Positions 12,255 through 21,372 of a stretch of 64,000 bases of DNA are shown here, one piece after another. Under the pieces are notes generated by a model. The model searched no databases and was not told the DNA's origin. It saw only the letters and a program-made list of their open reading frames with translations. Origin of the DNA: Spizellomyces punctatus DAOM BR117 (lineage: Eukaryota); NCBI GenBank assembly GCA_000182565.2, contig KQ257454.1; one strand, 5' to 3'. How positions within the stretch are numbered: the first letter of the stretch is position 1; the number at the start of each line of letters is the position of its first letter. Position numbers and translations under genes: made by a program.

Positions 12255-13005
12255 CATCCTGACGTTCACACTCGCCTCACCCACTAGTCCACTAGAGCCA
12301 GCTCTGACACTAGGCCACCAGAGCATCCTGACCTTCATACTCGCCTCACCCACTAGGCCACCAGAGCGTCCTGACTTTGATGCCCGCTGTAGGAAATGGA
12401 TGGGAAACCCGCAATTTAAACCAAAAATGGGTATATTAGGATAACGTATGGAAATTGGTCTGTATGCCACAAGATAATGATGCGGTATATGTGTTTTTCA
12501 CCATAGTTTACTGTAGATTACACACACGATGAACTTGGAGCGATTTAGTATCCAAACTGCGTGGCTTAGCAGCCAATGCGCGTTACCTAGCAACCATAGA
12601 AAGCCGTAGTATAAGACAGACTTTTGCGACACAGGTAGAACCTTAGAACTATATAATAACATCTTTTTTCTGTGACATTTGCTTTCACATCGCTTGGGTT
12701 TATCAAAGAGACAGTTTAGGTCCGCCAGAGCAATATATGAGAGCGCCGTCGTAGAGAATAAGGTGCTATTAGTTCTGAAAACACACAAACTTGTGCCGAA
12801 TCACCTACAGTGGTTAACGACCCCGCATGCCGTCGAGTTTCTTGGTGTCAGAAACCTCGACATTCCCAAGTAATCCGTTCTCTGTGTGGTGAAAATACAA
12901 AGAAAGGGCGGAAGAACGCATTACGACACCGCCTCACCCACTATCCCATCAGAGCGTCCTGACTTTGATGCCCGCCTCACCCACTAGTCCACCAGAGCCG
13001 CTCTA
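12255..13005 (-). repeat. 43-bp tRNA-5'-half-like repeat clusters (12255-12387 and 12931-13005; further copies at ~11890, 16185-16262, ~20351, ~22487-22565)
   Basis: Unit gcctcacccactaggccaccagagcgtcctgactttgatgccc. Its reverse complement contains GCTCTGGTGGCCTAGTGGGTGAGGC. Confidence 0.85.
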
Positions 13006-13586
13006 ACACTATCCCTGTGGCCATCCCTATGTCCTGATACTGCCTGCACATGCCCCCAGTGCATAGCTCAGTCAAGTCCTGTCAAGTATGTTGGGAGTAG
13101 TGAACTTCAGATAATCGGACACATGTCCGAATGGCACGGCTGGGATATAGACACCCCTGGCCAATGCATCAGCTCATGTGAAAGATGCCTGCTACTCTCA
13201 TCGTAGCAGAGCATCCCTCGTCTCATCCTGTAGTCCAGCGTCACCTCGTCAATAGCTCATTTGAGTGCCCTCTGACTGTCGGGTCCCGCAATTCCCGACA
13301 AAGTGGATATCTCCTTGTGTCCTTTGTGTTTGAGCAAGATCAAATACACAGCCACCTTGCAAGAGGGGCCCCCTCTATAAAAGGCCAGGCCGGGGGTCGC
13401 GCGGCCACCCCCTCCCACAGCCGGGCACGTAGAGATTTTCGCCGGACACAACGAAGCGATTGGCCTGAAGAAGACTAACCATCTTGCTCGACTTGATGTC
13501 CCTAACCGCGCTTGGGTTCCTTGCGTGGCTCTGATTCACAAACCTTTACGGATTAGTGGAAGACAAACTTCAGGGGTTAGCATATC

Positions 13587-15129
13587 ATGCTTTCCCTGAG
13601 CGAACTTCCGCATATCGTCCTTATGAGCATCGCGCGGAACTTATCTCTCGCGGACTTGGTTCATCTGCGCTCCTGCGCAAGGGCTTTGCGGAGACGCCTC
13701 TCCATTGCGGATAGACGGCTCCATGGCCTGAGTTTGATATTTGCAGAGCTGGAGCGGATCTTTATTTTGCCGTCCACGGTAAGTTTGGACTATGTTGGCG
13801 TCTCTTAGGACGTCCGCATTTACTGTTTTCTTTTTTTTCCAGTTGCAACAATATGACGACATAGAGAAGACCTACGACGCTCTACAAGGGTTTCTCTCAA
13901 ATTTGTCCTACAAGCGGACACCCCTTGGCTGCGAAGTACTTTTCGAGGAGTATGATGACATCGAGATCGACGTAGGGTACAGGTTTCTTGAGAGATATTG
14001 GCGGTCTACCGTCAGGGTTATGGACTTCATCGATCCGTCAAAATCGGTCTACCTTACCGGTGTGAGTCGATTATCATGGAGCAGTGCAGGTCAAGAGCGG
14101 CTGGCTTACGAGGATTGCGCCATCTACATGCACATCGCTGATGGGCAATACGCACTGGTGTATCAAGGAACGGAGGGCAGCTTCCCTGGGGAGGCTCGCT
14201 CCGCATTGCCTACAGTCGCAAAGCAACTACATACTACGCATAAAGAGCTAGCAAAGGTTCTTGGAAGAGCCTTGTCAGCTTTCGCAGAGTCTTCCATCCA
14301 TACCGGTACCGGTGTTGGGCAGCATCTGAATTGGTCGGAGATGCAGCCAAAAGTCCTGGAAGAGCCCGAGGATTTTGTCATCGAATATGACTTGCAGCGG
14401 AAAAGGCTGACCGCTCACCTACTCAAGGGCTTGGAGGAACTGCGGCCGCGGTTGGATGACACCCATAGTAGGCTGTGGAACTGGATACGGAGTCAAGTCG
14501 ATCTGAAAAAAGCTGAATCACATATATTCTTTTTCCGAGGAATCTTTCGGGCTCTTCACGACAATTGGTGTCTATTTCACGATACAAACTTAGCACAAGA
14601 TACCCGTTCGGAAGCTTTTGCCTTCGATTGGGTCAAGAACAACATCGTCTTCACGTCCTTCAGCTGCAACAAAATAGCGCCAACAAAGACTTGGCCTCAT
14701 CCCGTTGAGAAACTCGAAGTGACTTTTACTGTGAACGGCTCAAAAAATCCAGTCACCTTCCAAAGACTTCTCTGTTGCCCTGATCGCAATGGAGGCTGGA
14801 ACGAACTGGTCTGCTGGTCTGACCAGATTCGGTGTCATCTGTTCGAGGCAGTGGCGAAGACTACGAGCCTCACTCTCGTTATTGGAGCGCATTCGCTGGC
14901 GTTTAGAGACATTGCGGGGTGCAGCGAGACATGGCGGAACGCTGATGTCTTCATGCTTGTGATCGCTGCGGTAGCTCTGAGCTTTGTAGCTTGGCCACCG
15001 ACACCATTCGAGCTGCGACGTGTTTACGTTGAAGGTGAAAATGAGACCTTACTGGAGATTCCACTTGAGCCTCCTCTGCGAGTGCAACCAATTTCCCCCA
15101 CTACAAGGAACTTAAGCACGGTAGATTGA
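13587..15129 (+). CDS. F-box domain protein with uncharacterised C-terminus (intron 13779-13842)
   Basis: N-terminal LSELPHIVLMSIARNLSLADLVHLRSCARALR is F-box-like. The GTAAGT...TTCCAG intron joins in frame to the long ORF. TATAAAA lies at ~13376. Confidence 0.75.
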
Positions 15130-16814
15130 CTTCTATTCATATAGAGGTCATATACGGAACCAACGAGTTGATACTTAAGCGCCTTGCCTTCACAGGCTGT
15201 AGAATCAGTTCTAGGTGAACGAAGGACACGAGGAAGTTTCGGGAATAGACTTTCAAAAGAATTTCTCTGCGGTACTGTTTAATAGACCTGGTGCGCATCT
15301 GCTACTTTCTTGGAGACCGAGCATGCAAAGCAAGAATAAATGAAATTACGGAATGCCGTTATTTGAGCGGGAGCGCCGTCTTTCCTTTGAACCGGCCGCG
15401 TGTTGTTAAGGCAAATAGAGCCGCCCGATATATTTCCGCTAATCTCGTTTTGAATGTGTTTGAAGTAGCTTCTGGACTCGGTGAGGAGCGTGGATTATGG
15501 TGCTCTCAATTCTTCTGGCAGGAGCCTAAAAAATTCTCCATACTTCCAGGAAGCCAGTATGAAGAGGCCGAGACGGGCAAAGCCGGGCGGTGACAGAGCG
15601 GGGTAAATGCGCTGTTGCAGTGCATGACAAAAGAGGTTCTCGGATGCAGGACACGCAGAAGGCAGCGTATTTTCTCGCGGGCAAGGCGGGGTCATGATGA
15701 CAGACGCACCATGGACAAGTTGAGCCATTCCTCACACCTTCCACACCTCTGACGCGCATGTAAATTACTGTACAAAAAGAACATGCCGGATATTTCTGCA
15801 ATAACTCTAGCTTTTACCGACTTCTCCATTGCCTTTCGGTTAGGGTTATCCACATCCCGCTGCTTTCCTTCTCGATCTCGCATCTCGCCTCGTACGGATG
15901 TATTCGTTCACTGGGATACCTCGACCCCTTCGTCGGTACAGGAACAACGATGATGGCGGCTATGGAATGTGCTCGAAATAACATCGGGGTGGACCCATGT
16001 CAGCCATACAAATATTGGCTCAAGGAGAAGGTTGAACCCGGTAGCGAGTCCAGGGAAATGACGGATATGAAGTTGTGGGTTACGTCCTTCACACGTGATG
16101 ACCGTTTTCAAAATGTGGTTGGTCGAAAAGAGGTCAAAAAATTGCGGTTTGAGTTTTTGACCACTTTCTGACTATTTTGTTCCCGGCCACCAGAGCGTCC
16201 TGACTTTGATGCCCACCTCACCCACTAGGCCCGCCCCATCTTGACTCTTACGCCCGCCTCATCCAACGACAACTAGTATGGAAGATTTAATCGAACAAGC
16301 ATAGCAGCGGGTTTGAACTGGTGTGTTGTGGTTGCCATCATTCAACTATTCACGTAGGCCATTCATCAAACCTGGTTAACGCACACAATGCAATGCCTGC
16401 TATGCTTTGTCCGATCAAATATTCGATCCGAGTGGTAGGCCCCTTTTTGACTTGTACAGCCGCCTCAATCACTGGACCACTACCAGTCGTATCAATGTAT
16501 CTACCATTGAAGCATAGCAGTGGTTGCTGACGAGCATGGTTACATTTGTGTATCGCCATTTTTAAGCTGTTGCTACAGTGGGATTATACCTGGTTAACCC
16601 TGGTGAATACATCGTTACGAGTATTATAACCTACATATTGGGGTGCCCAATGATTAAATGTGTAGGAGTGGTACACACTATGCATACAAGCAGGTCCACC
16701 CCAAGTGGCAGTGCCTGCAGTATCGGACATGTCTGGACTGACAACGACAGCGATCGGCGGGTGGCACAGTCATATCGACCAAGTACTGTATGCACATTTT
16801 GAGCCCTATCTATT

Positions 16815-17040
16815 CAATAACGCGCCCATCATCCTTAACGGCCTCCGTGCGCCTAGGCATAGATTCAACTAGTTTAAAGAGGTTTTCAGGAGTTATGGCC
16901 GCCCACTCTTCCTCCACGATGGCCTTCAATTCTTTTAAATTATGAGGATTTATGCCTATACACCCGTTTTTTCAAGACCGACCACAGGTCTTCGATGGGA
17001 TTAAGATCTGGAGATTGTGGTGGCCATGGGAGCAACGAGG
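16815..17040 (-). mobile_element. Tc1-like transposase C-terminal fragment, frameshifted
   Basis: LPWPPQSPDLNPIEDLWSVLKKRV, then after a frameshift NLKELKAIVEEEWAAITPENLFKLVESMPRR. SPDLNPIE is the Tc1 catalytic-Glu motif. Confidence 0.9.
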
Positions 17041-17276
17041 ACGTCATTCTGGAGAAACCACTGGCGTGAAACCCGGAATGTCTCAATGAGCGCGTTATCT
17101 TTGTTGGAAGAAGAAAACGCCTGGAACTGCGGCTTGATGCAATGTTTGGTTTTATGCTAGCCAGCATTGGGCACGACGATGGGAGAGGATGTCACATGAA
17201 GCACGTGATGTTCTTCACTAATGTGCACTAGCCACGCTGTGTGTTGAGCACAAGCCCAGACGGAATTCCAAGCGTC

Positions 17277-18386
17277 ATGGATCCCATTGAGATAGACGGC
17301 TCGATTTTGGAAGGCGGAGGACAGATCCTCCGAAATTGCGTGGCTTACTCTGTGTTGTCAATGCGTCCTATATATATTCATTCTATTCGCGGAAACCGCA
17401 AGAACCCTGGGTTACAGCTGCAACATCTCACTGGGATTCTCCTAGCTGCTCAATTATCAGAGGCAATTGTGTCCGGTCTGGAAAAGAACTCCCTCACACT
17501 CACCTTCCAGCCCACACGTCCCCAAATATCTATGGACAAAACCAACGCAGGACCTAAAACATACGTAGCTGAGATCTCAAGCGCCGGTGCTTGTACTTTG
17601 GTTCTGCAGTTAGCTTTACCCATCGTCCTTTACAAGGCAACAAATCTGCAAATTATTGTAAAGGGTGGCACAAATGTCCCTTTGTCACCTAGTGTCGATT
17701 ATCTTCAAAGAGTTCTTTTCCCGACCTTGTCTTTTGCTTTTAGCATCCCAGGCGTGAATTTGTCCGTTGTAAAACGAGGGTTCATGCCCGCAGGTGGAGG
17801 GGAACTCCACGTTACCGGACACACCATACAAGGTCGGCAGGGATGGAAGCCGTGTACGATCTTGGATAAGGGTCAAATTGTATCATACGAAGCGATCTTT
17901 ACGGGATGCTGTACTCAACAATTCTTGTCTGAATTGACGTCTCAAGTCAGTAGACGACCACAGTATGTTTTGCTTTGTGAGGATTTGCACATTGTAGCAA
18001 AGCACACTTCACAATCGCAGCTACTTCTCGTAGCAAGAACCGATACAGGATGCATCTTTGGAGCTTCAGCTTTAGGAGGAAAGTACCAAAACGGAGAAAA
18101 GTTGTTTCGTTCGGCGGAAAAAGTGCTTCTTAAACAGCTCATGGGCAGATCTTGCGTTGACGAGTACCTGCAAGATCAACTTATCGTCTACATGGCATTA
18201 GCGAAGGGCCAATCTAATGTTCGCACGGGACCTTTGACTTTACACACAAGGACTGCTATACACTTTGCGCAGGTCATGACGGGCGCGATTTTCAACATCA
18301 AAAGAGATGAGGATAAACTGGATTGCGATCAGTCCCACGAATCTTATGTCATTACTTGCGATCCTTGTACATCAGGGGACATTTGA
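17277..18386 (+). CDS. RTCA: RNA 3'-terminal phosphate cyclase, class I (RtcA/RTCA), intronless
   Basis: Motifs IDGSILEGGGQILR, RGNRKNPGLQLQH, GGTNVPLSP, RGFMPAGGG and VDEYLQDQL, plus TLHT carrying the adenylated His. Confidence 0.92.
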   Translation: MDPIEIDGSILEGGGQILRNCVAYSVLSMRPIYIHSIRGNRKNPGLQLQHLTGILLAAQLSEAIVSGLEKNSLTLTFQPTRPQISMDKTNAGPKTYVAEISSAGACTLVLQLALPIVLYKATNLQIIVKGGTNVPLSPSVDYLQRVLFPTLSFAFSIPGVNLSVVKRGFMPAGGGELHVTGHTIQGRQGWKPCTILDKGQIVSYEAIFTGCCTQQFLSELTSQVSRRPQYVLLCEDLHIVAKHTSQSQLLLVARTDTGCIFGASALGGKYQNGEKLFRSAEKVLLKQLMGRSCVDEYLQDQLIVYMALAKGQSNVRTGPLTLHTRTAIHFAQVMTGAIFNIKRDEDKLDCDQSHESYVITCDPCTSGDI

Positions 18387-18834
18387 GATTGGCGAGTCGG
18401 ATCACCCTCTTGCTGTGGCAGTTGTTGGGACTGCTGATGTTTTGATAATGGGGGGAAACGACGCTGTTGTACCGAGTGATGGCTCTTTTCATCCACCGGT
18501 TGTTCTGCATGAGTTGTGCTTGATTCGCGGCATCCTTTTCGAGACATGGATTGTTGCAATGGACTGGGCAACCAGAAAGCACACAATTGCTGTCAAGATC
18601 GGAGCGAAAATGGCCACCTGACCTACCGTACAAATGAGTACTATCACGGCGGCAATCAGTATGATGGAGATAGTAAAGGTCAACACAACCCTCGGAGAAG
18701 CATTGGGGACGTTGGCACCTAAACAATGACATTTGCAATTTGTTGCGCGGTAGTAGGATCCAAAGACGGATCCTCTGCCTCTACGTCAATAAGATAGGCA
18801 TCGTTGTAGAGGTGTGAGGATAAAGGAATACTCA
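18352..18834 (-). pseudogene. Frameshifted small two-TM membrane-protein relic
   Basis: Stitching adjacent frames gives CKCHCLG..VVLTFTISIILIAAVIVLICTVGQVAIFAPILTAIV/AFWLPSPLQQ. At least two frameshifts are needed. Confidence 0.4.
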
Positions 18835-19093
18835 TCTTCTTTTCCCTTCTTGGTTACTTTATATCGCGAGATCCTCCCGTTTCTATAATTAGCTTTGGTC
18901 TGGCTCCATTTAAACAAGAAGCTACATATCCTTTGTAAGCACTAGGACAAAACATATCCACCAGTAGTTGAGTAGTAGACCACTAGAATATTGTATTACA
19001 AGTTATAGTTGTTTGTAAACTAGGGCTTTTGCTTCCAGTACCACATCTGTGCTGTCTTTGTTTTCGAAAAGCCTGCTCTTGCACTCGATTTAA

Positions 19094-19183
19094 TGATCGA
19101 GACTACTATAGTGTATTGGCAATAACAAATGTCACAACACAATACACCAGGGAATAAACCGCGCGACAACCGGTTCGGAAAAG
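19094..19183 (-). ncRNA. Fanzor1-type omega-RNA (75-nt scaffold 19183-19109 plus ~15-nt guide)
   Basis: CTTTTCCGAACCGGTTGTCGCGCGGTTTATTCCCTGGTG...CACTA matches the S. punctatus Fz1 scaffold as I recall it, at 35 of the first 39 nt and the terminal CACTA. Stems GAACCG/CGGTTT and GTGTATTG/CAATACAC are present. Confidence 0.8.
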
Positions 19184-19240
19184 CTAAGCTACTACTAGAC
19201 AATTATACACGCAATACGTAACGGTTGTTCTAACCGGATA
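19109..19240 (-). mobile_element. ORF-less ('ghost') Fanzor mini-element, copy 1, TA at both ends
   Basis: 57-bp leader plus omega-RNA scaffold. The boundaries are defined by homology to 34711-34833. Confidence 0.7.
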
Positions 19241-19665
19241 ATTGCCCACCACCACACACGGTCCCTACTAGGCCTTGATCTGGAACTCTTGATGGCATTG
19301 AAGCCAGACTCTTGCATCCAGGAGCGAATCGACTGGGCAGCGTCACAAGCCAGAGGATGTTCAGTGACAAGGCTTGGAGACTAAAAAAACTGCATGTCAG
19401 CGACAGAATGACAGAATGAAAAGAAATGCCATCAGTACTTACCAACCAAGCTCAACAAATGTGGCAGCATAATAACAGCTTTGTTGGTTCCGAGGCTGCA
19501 CTGGTTCCAGTTGGTTGTAATCGGGTGGGCGAGGTCCTCGGCACCAGAGCAGTACTCTCATGATGATGGACTTGAGAGTGCTGTGTGAGTGTTGGGCAGA
19601 TGCTTCGAGAGTCGAGGGATATAGAAACAAGATGGGGGGCAGACAACGGGGGGGTTTATATAGAA
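19230..19665 (-). pseudogene. Small spliced transcription unit or gene relic running into the ghost element
   Basis: TATATAAA at ~19660, ATG at ~19561 and a GTAAGT...GCTGAC...TTTTAG intron (~19442-19381). The spliced ORF stops inside the element's left end. Confidence 0.35.
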
Positions 19666-20947
19666 AAAAGAGTGGATAGATTGAGTCATGGAGCGTCATG
19701 CAGGTGGCAAACTGCAGAATATTCCTCTCATAGATGGCCGCAAAGGGATAGTAATTGCAATCCGTTCTTGGCCGCACCTTTGGACCCGTCTTTTTGTTTA
19801 TCTTCGTGAGGTTCACAATAAATGTGGTTAATTCAACTGGCTGCAATGCTCCGTGGCACTGACATTTCTATTTTCCCACACACTATGGATAAGCCACATT
19901 ATCTAATGTCCGCACCACGTCTGCTTGCCACAACCGAATCATCCACAAGGTCCCATTGATTTGCAATATTACCATGTTCGTTTTCTCATGTACAATGTAG
20001 AATGGTTCCCTCATGACGGTTTTCAGGAAATTCCCACAATTGTTCTCACTGCGCATCGCTCTGCGCATCTCTTGTCATCCGGGTCTTTCGCAAGGACAAT
20101 TGTCTTGGAATGATTGCCAAACTCGACATGTACAACGTGGAATGCATCTCGTTCAGGTCTCTTGCAGAGGCAAGTGTTTTAGAATGAGTACCACGCTCGA
20201 ATTGTACAATAATCGTCACAAACATGTATTCGTTTGAATGTTTTGTCGAGTCCGAGTACCACGATGAAAACCCGACGAGCATTTGAACGCGTGTGCAATG
20301 TACATCTCATGACGTTTTCCCCCAAGGTCTTGGCAGCCTTTTAATTCTACGCCCACCTCACCCACTAGGAGTCTAGGCCACTAGTGTTATACATCTCCTA
20401 TAAACCTATTCATCGGACACGCCAAGCACTGGTTTGATTTCAACTATACTTTCATAGGATATAACAAACAATAAACTGCAGCATCGTTTGCATTTTCCAG
20501 GTCTTCTTTCAAGTTCATCGCACACATGGGTTCACATTAGTTGTATATGTTTTGCCAGTATTTAGTTTGCCCACTCACTGAGTATACTTCCATTCGAACC
20601 ACTTTTCCGGTGGATATATCGATACGAAATTATAGTTGTTTGTAAATTAGGGCTTTTAGATTTGGTACTGGAGCATAGTGGGTGGGGGTGCGTTTTTCAG
20701 CTGCTATGCCGTCTACAGCTGGAATTTGAGTCCCACCCATACACTCAAAAACCCCTTTTGTAACAATTTCTATATCGAAAGACTTTAGCAACAAGAAAAA
20801 TAACCATGGGATGCCCTCAGGCAGGTCTATCACTCGCTAGACATTACATCGAGGAGAAAGGGACGGAGGGGTATCGCTCCTGAGGAATGGACTCCCTCGG
20901 CGCTCAAAGCGCTTGCGACTTGTCCCTCTAATTCACTAGGGAATTAG

Positions 20948-21372
20948 GGACAGTTATAACATTTCGTATGTTATTTACAAAGCTTCTTGGACAGTCTCAA
21001 CATTCCCTATGTTCTTTACAAAGCAATTTTGGGCTACCAGAGCAGGACAGCTACAATATTTTGTTGTTATTTACAAAGCTTGTTAAATTCATATCTACAT
21101 GTATCTCCCTATAGAGTAAAAGACTAATAAAGCAATGATCTGATGGACTGTCAATAATTAGTAAGTTTGCGAGCAGATTGCTTACCCATTTACCACTACC
21201 CATGATTGCAACCACTACAGCGGACAGATAGAACATTTTATGTTGAGAATTTCATATTTTATTTGCAAACCATTTTGGGCCACCACGGCGAGGACAGACA
21301 GAACACTTCTTATGTTATTTACGAAGCTCCCTGGACAGTCTGAACATTCCCTATGTTCATTACAAAGCGTTA
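20948..21372. repeat. ~40-bp degenerate repeat cluster related to the 38-bp array
   Basis: About six copies of ggacagNNNNaacattNNNtatgttatttacaaagc. Compare ggacagtaacaagattccgtacgttgttgatgagc at ~11623. Confidence 0.75.

Noticed and set aside
20922-20953. Hairpin tgtccctctaattc/gaattagggaca as a Helitron 3' end
   Set aside because: There is no correctly spaced CTRR terminus or matching 5' end.
19240-21000. Fanzor/TnpB ORF upstream of the omega-RNA
   Set aside because: There is no long ORF and I could not see RuvC or zinc-finger motifs in the listed frames.
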